DNA of 64,000 nt from Camelus dromedarius (taxonomy: Eukaryota): contig NC_087436.1 in the NCBI RefSeq assembly GCF_036321535.1, positions 55,058,001-55,122,000 on the forward strand, in the 5' to 3' direction. Positions 24,219 through 37,010 of this stretch are shown piece after piece. Both the position numbers and the translations under genes were made by a program. Position 1 is the first letter of the stretch, and each line of letters starts with the position of its first letter. Under the pieces are notes generated by a model. It saw only the letters and a list, made by a program, of their open reading frames with translations, made no database searches and was not told where the DNA came from.

Positions 24219-26489
24219 ATAGCCAGATTTCCTGTAACAAACTCATACTTATGTAATGTAAGGAGGATGCTACTAAAAAATACTTCCAAACCAAAACTTT
24301 TAGGCTCCTAAATTGGGCTTTGAAATCATAGTTAAGAGGAAACAGTTGGGGGAGAAAGGTCTAGAATTTTCAGCTCTTGAAATTGTGAGGCTTTGCAGTA
24401 TCTTATGGCTTTAGAAAGATAATTTTCAAAGTCAGATTATGTGTCTCTGTGAAGGGAATAAGATTGTGGATAGACTGTAATTATAGATGGGAAAAGTAAT
24501 GGTACTAGTGGGCAGCTGGGTGGGTGGAACATTTCTTCTCTGCCTCAACCTTAATAACTCTCATGCTACTTACTCTTCCTTTCCTGTTTCCGTGTCTAAA
24601 ATGCCTTGAATTCACTTAAGGGTAATTGAGTTAAATCAGTTTCCTATCCAAATAATATTAAAGTAATGATGAATTGTGCCCAAAAAATGGAACTGCTTTG
24701 AAAACTTCTATTTTAAGCCTGAGAAACAGCCTAATGCAATTTAGTCCTCTCTGTCCTCCCTCTGTGCTTGAGAAATGAAGCAGTGTTTTGCAGAACAATG
24801 CATTCTTTTCCTTATGCTCATATCTATCTCCTTCATGTTGGCAAAAGATCACTGAATTCTGTTTTCAAACATTTGAACTCTTACTCCTGCTGTAGCAACT
24901 GCCAGGCCCTGCCACAGAGTCGAGGGAACTGGAAGAAGGAGCCCTGGGAAAGCAGCCTGCAGAGCAAATGGCTAATTAATGTAATGCACTTTAAAAAGTT
25001 ATCCATAATTAAAAGCTTTATTGGAGAGCAAGATGAAATCATTCACAGAAGTTTCACTTCATGTCCCTCAGCAGGAATGGTTACTTAAAAAAAAAAAAAA
25101 AGTCTTAAACTTACCATTAATGGTCTGCAATGTAAATGTTGAATTTCACAATGATATACTTTTTTCTCTATCATCTTGAAAATCAGCTGCCTCTGAAGCT
25201 GAGGAGTAGCCTGTTTGATGTTTTCATGTTTCTAAAATGAATTCATTGGAACTGTTACTTGGAGCATAAAGTGAAGTCTTAAGGCTGCCAGGTGTGGTTA
25301 AGCATGCTGTAAACTGGACAACTCCAGGAAGTGTTATTTACATAGGCAACAATGTGACTGTGTCTCCTGAAGTTGTGCAATGCAGCAGCCCTGCTCAGAG
25401 CATTATTTTAACAATGTATCTAAGACTCACCCTTTATAACAGCTTTTTTCTGTATATCAGCCTTTTCCTCCTTGGTGCATTTAGGGTGAGGTTCAGACTT
25501 AGGCTGTCCTGATGGTTCATCTGAAAACGATTAAAACAAAATCAAGGAATCTCTTTCTCCACTAGTCTCTGGCTCCCCTGATGACAGAATTACTTTTATA
25601 CTGTCAGTGTTTAATACACAAGCGATGAATGAACAATGAAAATCATCTCTTGGTGGAATAATTTGTTTCTTGGATTCAAAGAGTGCTGAGAGAAGTTGAG
25701 TGTGAGATTTTTGGTCTTCTCACAGATAACAAATATGTCAAACTCTTTGAAGCACTGTAGGAAATTTCAGACTTGAAAAATTAGGTACAGTTGTTATACC
25801 TCCATAGTTCTACTTTAACAAGGCATTTGTAAAGATTTTGAAATTCCACTGCTTAAAGATTAATATGAATAGCATAACTTTTGGACATGTTTTTCTAGTA
25901 AATACTCTAGATGGGATTATGAAACGACAAATATTTGAGTGTGGGCAATATATTTAGATATATTTTATATGATTTTCTAGGTAAATGGTTATCTCCATTT
26001 CAGAAGAAGTCAATTTATATAAATTTTAGAAGAATGCTTATGTTTTATATTATTAACTATTTAAAATCTATTATTTTCCCAAGAAATTCAGCTGTACATG
26101 GTAAGATTTTGCTGGTGACAGGGCAGTGATTTCTTTTTTTTTTTTTCCAATCCATATTAAAATTGATTTAATGCAAAACTGGTATTACACAAAATATAGA
26201 AACAAATTGAAGACCAAAACCACCTACAAGGACTAATACAGTGTGTGTGTGAATATGTTCAGTACAATGTGTGTGTGTATAACTTTTCTATCTTTTTCTC
26301 TCTCTCCATACACACAATTTACATGTAATTCATACACAGAAATACATAGACATTGGACCCACAGGTCTACATTAAATCTTTTCCTTTGTGTTCCTCTATA
26401 CCTTGTCTATACCTTGCTGTGGTATTTATGTTGCCTTGTAATTGCTCATTCAGTTGTTGTATTCTCACAAACTTGTAGGTACGATGAGC

Positions 26490-26732
26490 TAATGAGTTAA
26501 TTACATATGCCTCTAATGAGACTCCATGAATTCAAATCTTGACCTTATTATTTATAAGCTCTATGACCCTGAACATGTCATTTAATGACTGTGTTTCAGT
26601 TATTTCATCTGTAAATTGGGGGAGAGAGGTAATAACAGTATTTATGCCATTAAGTGAGAATCAAATGAGTTTTTAAATGTGAAACACAAAGAACAATATT
26701 TGACATGTAAGAAATACTTACTATATGTTAGC
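26490..26732 (+). mobile_element. MIR
   Basis: gaattcaaatcttgacc...tatgaccctgaacatgtcatttaa...tcatctgtaaattggg...tatgttagc. Confidence 0.85.
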
Positions 26733-26797
26733 ACTGTATTCCCAGTGCACTGTTACATTCTCATGACAGAACTCAACAACTATTTGCTGAATGAATC
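26733..26797 (+). mobile_element. L2 3' tail
   Basis: ctgtattcccagtgc...actcaacaactatttgctgaatgaat. Confidence 0.6.
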
Positions 26798-27200
26798 ATA
26801 TTCTTTATTATAAAACAACTGCTTAGGACTAGGTAGCATTAGAAAATACATTAAATGAACAAACAAAAAGAACATTATTACTGTCCTCAGTGAATTTAGA
26901 ATGTTACCAGGAAGAAGAATCTACTCATAAATTATTTTAAGAAGATAAAAGAGGTGATCAAGCAGTCATACTGGTAGACAGAACAGCATGTATCAGAAGA
27001 AGTCCACATACAGGCTTGAATGGTCTGCAAGAGCCTTATTAGAAAGATAAGACTTGGACTACATCATGGAAGATGGTTGAGATGTGACTGACTAAACACA
27101 TGCCACAAAGGGGCTCCTTCCACAGAGCAGCCCATCTGGAGCAACAGTGCACGTGGACTGAGTGTAAGTCAGTGTATGGGCTAAGGAGGTCATCAGTGCA
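26798..27200 (-). mobile_element. L2 3' region
   Basis: aatgaacaaaca...ctgtcctcagtgaatttagaatg...acatcatggaagatggttgagatg. Confidence 0.6.
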
Positions 27201-27759
27201 GCTGGCAGGCAATCACTTTTGATAATTACTACTTAAAAATAGCTTTTTCTTTCTTGGAAATTTAGTGAATGCTTTCAATTACTAATATGTTTTGTCCTCA
27301 GTGTAAGAGACATACTGTTAGAAGAGCGGTAAAGGAAAAGTTAGCAAATGAATATAAGGGTTTTTTAAAGCCGTTTTGCTTGCTTCCCTTTCTTCTTGCT
27401 CTCCTAAGAAAATAGATCAATGGTAAACAGTTTTCTAGATAGCAACCTTTTCAAAAAGTTAACCATGACTTTTGTGTTTTTTCTTCGTTCATTTATCTTT
27501 ATTCTGAGTAGGAACACAGAATCACTAATGTCCTTTTGTTTATCACATTCATCTCTATTTTTCAAGGTTATGATGTTGATAAAAATTTTTCATCCCAGAG
27601 TCTAGATAAATTTGTTTCTCATCTTAAGATATTTGCCCAGTATCACTTAAAATAGGTCGGTGGTTTCAGGATCATTTAAATAGGTCAATAATTCTCTGAA
27701 AAAATACCTATTTTTCATTCAATTTTAGTGAACTAGCAAAATTAATTAATTGGCAAACA

Positions 27760-27925
27760 TGTTAAGAGCAGGACCAAAAGACTGGTGGAGAGAGAACTTG
27801 GTATGTTTGAAGCGCTGAGAAAAACACTATGGCAGGAGTGTAGAGGGTGAAAGGTAGAGAGATATGAAGGAGGATGGAGAGGTTGTCAGCATCAAATCAG
27901 AAAGGATTATAGAAGACATGCCTAG
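27760..27925 (-). mobile_element. L2 fragment
   Basis: gagagaacttggtatgtttgaag...ggcaggagtgtagag...gatggagagg. Confidence 0.6.
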
Positions 27926-28712
27926 GTATATTGTCAGTGGTAATAACTTGGACAAAATTTGTTGCAATCAAGTATTAAGCAAAATACAAGTTATTTGAAT
28001 GGATATGCGAGAAGAAAAAGTCAAGACAGTTGTCAACAAATTTTACTAAGAAAGAAAAAATATATATCTGTCATTTCATGTTTTCCATAACATTCTCCAT
28101 TATTTTGCTTAGGATTTTCAATGTTTAGTACTATAACCAGTGCAAGGAATTTGTCAGATATCATTGCTTTATCACATGCTAATATCTAGCTGTACTTTTT
28201 AATGAAGAGGTTCTTATATTTTAATGTTTTTTTTTTTTTCTGGGAGAGGATAATACAAAGATACCATTGATGTGCAAATTGATAATACTGACAACAGCTT
28301 ACCTGAAGACTTTAATTGACTAAACTAGATTAATTCTTAACATCAATTTCAAGTATAAGATCCTGTTGTATTTCAGGTTGAGCCCAGATTTCATCTGCAC
28401 AGAACCTTGATTACAATTTGATTCTCCTTTTCTATCTAATACTCTATCTACTGTATACATTTTGCAAAGTTTCATCCTTTCTTCCTGGATACCTGGGGGT
28501 GCACTGGATGAGTGTATCTAGGTGACCTCACAGTACGAGGAGAGGGAAATGTAACCTTATGAATAATTTGTGAGTGAACTATTCACAATCTTATGTGCCT
28601 CTAAAAAGGATCTTAATTACATTCTTCTCTCAAAATTCCTGTCATTTCCACACTAAAAAAGCTATTTAAAACCTATTCTGGTCAGTCTTTACGTTGTCAT
28701 TTACTTTACAGG

Positions 28713-28738
28713 CACACACACACGCACACATACACACA
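28713..28738. repeat. Imperfect (CA)n
   Basis: cacacacacacgcacacatacacaca. Confidence 0.85.
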
Positions 28739-29894
28739 AGTGGGTTCCTCTAAGTAACCTATAAGAGATTGAAAACTGTTAACACATTTGAATTTATGAT
28801 CACTAAGAGCCACAATTCACTGTTTAATCACTGAAGGGGAAAGCTATAATCCTTCCATAATAAAATACGGTATTCTTAAGTATTTTGCTAAATTACCTAC
28901 CACCACAGATATTTCCAACTATGCTAGGGACTAACTGCCCGTGCACAAGGAAAACTGAGGGGCTTAGAATTTATTTGCAATATATTCTAACTCTTCAAGC
29001 TGCCGCTATATTTTAAAATGGCGCTTTAAAAATCTGTCTTAAGATGTCAAGCTGATATTCTCATTATTTAGAGATGGTGGAACTGTTCTTTGCTGTGGTC
29101 AATAAAAAATGCAGTGGGTAGAACTATTATAAGGGTTTACACAGCAAGGCCAAGAACTCTCAGCAGAAAACAGATTCATACACAGGGTAGGATTCATTGA
29201 AATCAACTTGGATTTTAGTGGAGGTTTTCAACACCATGGCAAATATTTTAACTGATTATAAATTATACACATCATCCTTTATCACTTATATCTTTGCTTT
29301 ACCTCATTATTTGTCTACTATCTCTCTTGGTTCCCTACTTCAGTCGTCAAGTGAAAAACTGTTAAATAACTCTGGATATCAGTTTTCACTCAGAAAACAA
29401 TTGTGCAAACAAGTTTTCAAATTACTTTAGCCTAGCAAATGTTAAGAAAAAAATTCCTGTCTAGGTCAGTTCCATCTAGAAGGTAAATTTTGTGTGAATT
29501 CTATCAAATATTCTTTTGCTTACAGCTTTTAGTCTAAGAGACACTCCATATATGCATAAAACAACTAAGATGTAATGAAAATGGAGTTTCTTACAGTTCT
29601 CTTGGCTGTGGCCCAACTCTTAATAGTCTCACTCTCATTTTCTTCAAATCTCTGATATATTGACCTGAGTTTATCTTCATAACTGCATTACTGATTTTTA
29701 TAATTTATAAAATAACAGGTAATGAATTCCTTGTGTAAGTTGTAAAATATATATCTACTATAAAGTGGAGCAGTCGTTCATTCTGAGGGGCTGATACATT
29801 CATGGAGGACTAGTACAGGAGCAGAGGTTCAAGCTTTGTGCCAAAGGGGAAGCTGATCTAATGGTCCCCATTTAAAATGGTTGTTTCAGCATGT

Positions 29895-30043
29895 GGGGTA
29901 GTTGGATGCATTAGAGATTATAGGAAATGGCATCTTTCACCCCAAAGTCACCCACTGAAATCTGAAACAAATTGAGAATGACTCAAAGTAAATACAATAA
30001 AATAATGGTACAAAACTTTTTAGTGGAACATTGTGAAAACCAC
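29895..30043 (+). mobile_element. Possible LF-SINE (LFSINE_Vert) 5' relic
   Basis: ctttcaccccaaagtcac...aaatc...aatgactcaaagtaaatac and tagtggaaca...aaaaccac are collinear with remembered LF-SINE blocks CTTTCACCTCTAGGTCAC...AAATCC...AGTGACCGAAAGTCATTAC and TAGTGGACA...AAAACCAC. Confidence 0.4.
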
Positions 30044-30799
30044 GAATTTCACTTTTCAATATTTTGGTTTGTTTGCTTGTTTATTGTCTTTGGCTAATGT
30101 ATTCATATCATTTATATCATCAGACCTAGGACATTTTTGAGGGTGAAAATCAGTGCTAAAATAACTTATGTGATTTAACTTTTGAAATATATACAAGTTT
30201 ATTTGTATATTGTTACAACTGTGCCTTCTACTTCAGCTGGGAAAACAACTGCAGTTTGTTAAGATGCAGTTAAAAATAATGAGCACCACAACCAATTTCA
30301 ATTATAGATCTTCTTCATCTCTTTATTTAGTTTCCTTATTTATAAGAACACTGGTTTGCTTTAAGATACTGTTCTACACCAAAATATACATTAAAATTAT
30401 ATGTTATTACTGCAAAAATGCAAATAATTATATATTCATTGTTGAACATATTATAGGATTTACAACAGCATTCTCACAGTCAGAGGTTCACTGTTTCTTA
30501 GGTTGGCTGTGAACCAACTCGTAATAGTCTTACCATAATTTTTTTCAAATCTTGATTATATGGCTAGGGTTTATTTTCCTAACAGCATTCCTGAATTTAA
30601 AATTTGCAAACAGTAGTACATAGGACATTTACTGTCACGCTTGCCCTATGTCAAGGACTATTAGAGCAGCTGCAGACGTATTTGGTAGGTTTGGTAAGTG
30701 GAAGTTAAATTGGGGATATGTGTACTTTGGATTTAATTAAATGTATCTCATAATTCCCAGGAGCAACAATATTTTTCTCACCTTTTTTTCCCCTCATTT

Positions 30800-31655
30800 T
30801 TTTGCTTGATTTCATTCTTGCCATAGAATTCACTAACCCTAGTAATTTGAATTCTTGAGTTCAAATGACCAACCAGTTACTTACTAGTTAATTACATCAT
30901 CTCAAACTGAACAAGAACAAATCTGAACTTCATACGCGTTTTTGCAAAATTTTATCCTCAGCTTGAGTGTTCAAAGCATCAGTTGCTAAGAAATTAAAGA
31001 GCTACCTTAGAGTCTTCCGTTGATCAAGAGCCAAATCCTCTTCTCTCTATAAATTAATGCCTCTCATCTGCTTCCACTTCCATTGTTTGATGGGCCTCTA
31101 GCATTAATTTCTTTTGTTTTTCCTGTCTCCATCATTTCTGTTCTCTATAGTGACAAGTATCCTTTTGAAAACAAAAATCTGATTACAAAGTATGTATAGC
31201 TTCATTGTTTGGTTCTTGCCTGCTTTTGCAACATAATTACTTATCCCTATAACCACACTTCTAAAAATAATATGTATTTGGAATTACTGTTTCTAAATCT
31301 GCCCTGTTTTGTTTTTTTCTTTCCTAAATTTATTTACACGCGCTCTTCCCTCTCTCTACCCTCTACTTGCTCAGGCTTCTAGGTCAGAGCTTCCTTTCTC
31401 TTCAGTTATTCCTTAATCTCATTTCTTGAGCAGAATTAACTATATCCTTTGCCCTAGAATACACTATCTTGTTCATATAATCTCATATAACTTGCATTTC
31501 ATCTTTTATTACTGCTGTTGGAGTGTAAGTCTCTTGAGAGCATAAATTGTGTCCTATAAAAATTTTTTGTCTTTAATTAGCACAGTGTCTAATGTTAAAT
31601 TGGTATTCAATAAATGTCATAAATGTCATACATGTTGATACATTAATGAATAAGT
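30800..31655 (+). mobile_element. L2 3' portion
   Basis: catctcaaactgaacaagaacaaatctgaactt...gagtgtaagtctcttgagagca...cacagtgtct...ttcaataaatg. Confidence 0.75.
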
Positions 31656-32560
31656 GAAACAACCCAAAATCATTTCAATACTAGAATGAATAAATTATAA
31701 TTTCATACAAAGAAAATGTTATTCAGCAGTGAAAGTAATCATACAAATGTAATTTTGAGCAAACATTCCAGGCACAAAAAGGAATATAGTATATGTTTCC
31801 ATTGATTTTGCTGGGGAGGAAAACTTTTCCTCTTAGGTTCATTTCTCAGGGAATTAAACTGAAGAAATACAGATCAACAGAAGAAAGATTTCATATGCAT
31901 ACAAGAGCTAACAAAAGAAGTAGCTAGTTTGCTGCATGGTTGAAGATAGAGGTTTATATACCTAACTTAGTAGGGAAAAGGGAGGGGGAAGAAAACCTTC
32001 TATGGAAAGAACAAATAGTTTTCTTTAGGAAAGACAAATGAGTTTCTAGGACAACTAATGGGAGATGAGAAAGTTTGTGATATTTGTTTATGCAGGTGTG
32101 AGTGCCATTCAGTCTTCTTCATGGCCATGAAACTTCCCAGGAGAGGGGATTTATGGTAGCTTCCATTCTCAGAAGTTGCTGTTTTTAGTCAGATAAGGGA
32201 AGCTCCAAGAAGGCTTCTTTCTGCATCTGTTGAATCTCAAATGCCTTCAGTTTAAAATAATATTCATACCAACTCTAAGGTTCCACGTGAGTCCCTGCAA
32301 TAGCAAGTTAAAAACAATTTAAAAAAAAAAACAGCCACAAGACAACAGACACATTTATGAAGTTGAAGTCAAGATAGTGGTTACTTTTCTTGAAGAAGCA
32401 GGGGACATGGTAGGACTTTTGCGCTGTTGGTTGTGTTCTATTTCTTGCTTTGGATGGTGGTTACATAGATGTATTCAGGTTGTGAAAATTTTTTGAGTGA
32501 TATCTGCATGGTTGTGTGATTTTCTCAATATGTCTTTACCAAAAATGTCTATTAAAAAAG
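31656..32560 (+). mobile_element. L1ME/L1MC-type 3' end, split by an LTR
   Basis: gaaacaacccaaa...ttattcagcagtgaaa (left part); gaagtcaagatagtggttact...tgttctatttcttg...ggtggttacatagatgtattc (right part). Confidence 0.75.
31809..32299 (-). mobile_element. MER34-like ERV1 solo LTR
   Basis: TG...CA termini; minus strand reads tattattttaaactgaaggcatttgagattcaacagatgcagaaagaagcc...cccttatctgactaaaa, like MER34-family LTRs. Confidence 0.75.
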
Positions 32561-32754
32561 AAAGAATGAAAGACTAAGTGAATGAATTTTACTTTGATGT
32601 ATAGTGGACAGTGATGTTCAATATGTGGAGTAGTTGGTAGAGGAGAATCATAGAAAGTGTGTATTAAGAGCCAGTGTCACCATCTTTATAATTAATAAAG
32701 AAAGATTATGGAAAGCAGATTTCTGGAACTGCATGACTGAAGAATGGGAAATAA

Positions 32755-33185
32755 CCATTCCTCTCCTCTGAGATATATTTGATACTCAACCTGTATGACT
32801 GTCTGCTTAGATCTCCACTTGGATGCCACAGAGGACCTCATGACTATTTCTGAAAATGAATTCATCGTCTCTTCTTGCTGTCTGAGCCAGATGCATCCCT
32901 TCTTATCTGATTTGGTAGATGGCACCATCCACCATTCAGTTAACCAAGCCAGGGTCCTAAGTGCTAAAATTGACTCAACCAAGTGACCCGTATATTCCGT
33001 TGATCACTCTTTGCATATATCTCTAGGTATGTTCATTTCTCTCCTTCCTTACTGTTCTATTCAAGTCCAGAGCATCACATCTTTTACCTGTATCACCACT
33101 GTAGCAACTATCTATTTTGCTAGTACTGGTTTTACCTTCACTCTCATCTATTTTCTACAATGCAGGCAGAAAGTTCTTTCCAACT
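32755..33185 (+). mobile_element. L2 internal fragment
   Basis: atctccacttggatg...gatggcaccatccaccattcagttaaccaagccag...tctacaatgcaggcaga. Confidence 0.8.
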
Positions 33186-36100
33186 AGCTCTAGGGAATCA
33201 AACGAGGGGTATTTTAAGAATACACTGCCACTGAGATAAATTCTGTGAGAGCACAGCAAATAGAGCTTCTGAAAATTGGAAAGAGTAAGTACCACATTTC
33301 ATACATGCCACAAACTTAGAATAGCATTCTATTTATGTGCATAAACAGTCTATCTTAGAATTAGCATTCTAGAGAAAAGATTGTTTTCTCACTAATGCAT
33401 ACTAACACATCAATCCAGATTTTAAAATAAAGACACACATTTTCAGACAGAATAGTACCATTTGGATGCTTTGTATAACAAAGACTGAAAATTGTGAGAT
33501 ATTTTCCATAATTGAATGTGCTACATTTGTACCTCAAAGACTTTGATGAAAATACATTTCCAGGATAGATATAATTACATAACACTCCTGGAAATTTATC
33601 CTGGAAATTATTGAAATGTAAAATTTTAGATAACATGAAAACCTACGAGAGAGTATATATCATCTTGAAAACTGTTTTAGGTAGAACATGAGCAAAAACA
33701 CTCATGTTGAAAGCCATTGTTTTATTAGATTAAATGATACAAAGACCTAATGAAAGATAATTTAACTATGAAAATTATCAGAGTAACATGACTATTGACA
33801 TAACTCTAAAGTGAGAAAGATAGAAAGATAGTTCTTTTTCATTATTTTTCTTAAGATAGTAAGCATTTTACATCACAATTATTTAGGAGGTTTTATCTTT
33901 TTGGCATTTCAATATATTATACAATAGTCAGAAAAGAACTTTTAATGATTATGACTATGGTATAGAAAGTAAGAGTTTTAATTTGCTTTATAAGGAAATC
34001 CATGTCCATAGCTATGACTCTTGTAACTTTTCCTCAATTTACAGAAGCCAAATTCTCAAAGCATGAGATTCCATATGAGTGAAGAACGGAAAATTCACTT
34101 CTAAGAATATAATACATCTGTACTGATGTAAAGGATATTTGCAGGTGATACTGAAATGTTCTGTTGTCCTGAAAACTAAACAATGCAGAATATGACAAAA
34201 AATTGAGTGAAATCTATAGTATTTTGATGTCTTAAACTTGGCTTATTTTTCAATGTATATAATTTTTGCATAAATTTTAATAGCACAGCAGTGGCAAACA
34301 ATCATTTCCACTGTCTACAAGTAATATATATTTAACTTAATTATCAATATTCACTTATTCAAAAAATTTTGAGAAATAATTAAGGTCTTTTAATTATGTT
34401 TTTTCTTAAATCCACAAATTTATTCAAATGCAGAATATATTTATGTACCAATTAAGAGTTTAAAAATCTTGCTAGAATATCATTACAGAAAGCATTATGT
34501 ACCTTTTCATTCCAGATAAACTTAGCTAATATTTATTACCAATAATTCTTGACCGCCTAATTTATTTTCAGCTTTACATTTTCTGCAGTTCAAATCTAAT
34601 GTAAAATTTCAAAACAGCAAATAATTTGTTTCCATGGTGACATGTTGAACATCTCTACAATCGTAAACCAAGGATTCTTTATTATTTAGTAAATGGTGAG
34701 AAGCAATACCAGCAATTCCAAAATTTTCACAAATGTAACTAATTTTCTATTGCTTTCCCACAAGGACTGGCAAATGGCCTTATTGAACTAAGAAGCTTTA
34801 CTGTTAGTGTAGGTGTCCAACAGAAAGTGTGCCCTTCCACCCTGGCACTAAATGTGATCTCATTAAGAATCCTCAAGAACAAGCTGTACCAAGAAGAAAA
34901 TCTGCATCACTGAAACAACAAAAACAAAAACCCCAAAACTTAAAGTAGAAGCCATCATGGTCACAGACTCTTGGAGGATATACCAGAGGAAATGACTTGG
35001 TGGACTGGTTGGGTAGAATAGTCACTAGGAGAAACTGGAAATTATATGTTAACTTGTAGGTGGAACAGAGATTTCCAGGAATGAAGAGAGTAAAAGGCAG
35101 TAAGAAAAGAAAGAAAAAAAGAAAAACAAAAACTAATCTATCTTTTATGTCTTACGGAATTAGCAAGGTGAGCCGCGGATTAAAAATAGATGACGCCCAC
35201 CCGCAAACAACTGAGACCATCAACCGAGGAATTCACTGCTGGCCTTCTGAAAATGAGTACCTTCATGAGGACAACAGAAAATCATAGAACAATAGGAAAG
35301 ACAATAGATAAACACAGGGTCAGGAAGCTTAAATATATTTAAGATCCCTACATAACTTCAAATATTGCTTGCTTGGAATAGAAATTCTTTACTTTAGAAG
35401 GTAGTCAGCTTGCTATGCCAGTAACCTAATTAATATTGTTTTAGGCTCAATACATTGACTAATACAAGTTGGTGTTAAAACTGCCTGCCCTGTATTTCAG
35501 ATTTTCGCAATGATAAGGAAATTGTTAAGGGAAGATGTGTTAACCTTGCTGTATGTTAAAAGATTACTATCTGAGGAAATTCAGGAAATATGTTGAGACT
35601 CTAAGTTGGTTGAGACTCAATTCCTGTAGTTAGTAGTATCAGCACAACTCATATTATTTCAATATGGGGTTAATTATTTGAGTATTTTCATTCTCTAGCA
35701 CCTTAGGTACCAGGTTCTGACATAAACAAGAGCCATTTTAAGAAAAGGGATTTACCAGTGGTAATGAGAAAAGTTTCCCAGTTAATTCAATTCAGTACTA
35801 CATTTCTTTCCTGTTATTCTGACAGAAATAATGCCGTGGGCTGTTATATGACAAATAAATTCAGTGACTCAGCATTGATGGGATGGGGCTAATAGAGTCA
35901 TTATTTCTCTCCAATGCATTGCTAGGAGCAAGCATCTCAGATCCTCTGGGTGATTTTCTAAATACCCATGGGACTCTCAGAGCTTCCACTACAAGGTGGT
36001 GACACCAAGATGCCCCTAAAGTTAGTCACCTGAGGAAGGAGGAAACAGCCCTCAAGAAGGACTTCACACTGCTTGTCTAGGGGAATAGAGGAAGGAGCGA

Positions 36101-36839
36101 ATCTGTGGAAGTGCCACTGAGTTGCAAGTGAAGTTGAGACACAAAGTAACGCTGATTGTACATTTAAATCTAGAGATCCGAACTGTAATTTTTAATTAAA
36201 TTCTGGGAAGGAGAAGAGGAAAGCAATCCCTAAAGGTGAAGTGAGAAAGGAAAGTTCAGTCCCAGCCTCATAAGAAGTCTACAAAGACTTGAATTATATA
36301 TTTTGCTAGAAAATGAAAAAAGGGGGGAAATGACATACACAAGAAAAAGTTTTTACAAGTTTGTAAAACCTAGAGCATTTTTAAGTTACTTATGTTTATT
36401 TGTTTATCCTTACATTTTTGTCGTTTTATGGTGGTAATTTCCATCAGTACATTTGAAATTTTACTTAAATATTTAGGAAGATGTGTATTATATAAGCACT
36501 GGGATAAGGGAAGAGATAAATATCCTTTCCTTCATTAACTTATTGATGAGGAGAAAAATGTGGGTGGTTTTATGGAACAGGATAAAAGTACAAAATCTAT
36601 AAGACCAGTAACTTACTTTTACCTACTCTTTTGCTAGAAAAGTTGGCTAGAAATGGAAATGAGTGTGGTGTCTGTATTTTGTGACTTACATGTAAGGTTT
36701 GACTTTTTCCTCCAACATTAGTATGGAATGTTCTTCCTGTTGTTGCCTTCCCCTTTTCTTGCTAAATCTTGGTTTAGCTTTCATCCAGACCCCATTTTCA
36801 CCCACCCTATACTTTTTTATTTTCACACCACTTTATACT

Positions 36840-37010
36840 CTAGAATCATTTATTCAATGTTTTATGAAGTCTATTTGCCTTAAGTAAGACTGTGAGATAC
36901 ATGAAGGCAAGACCTTATGTCTGACCAGTATTGTGTTCCATGGAATCTTTTTATGCTCCAAGAGATAGCTATGCAGTGTCTGACCAAAAGGTCACTAGGC
37001 AAGTGATGTT
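36840..37010 (+). mobile_element. L2 3' end
   Basis: agactgtgagatacatgaaggcaagaccttatgtctg...cagtgtctgacca. Confidence 0.55.

Noticed and set aside
29000..29025. AAAATGGCG YY1-like motif within a loose inverted repeat
   Set aside because: Single isolated motif with no promoter context
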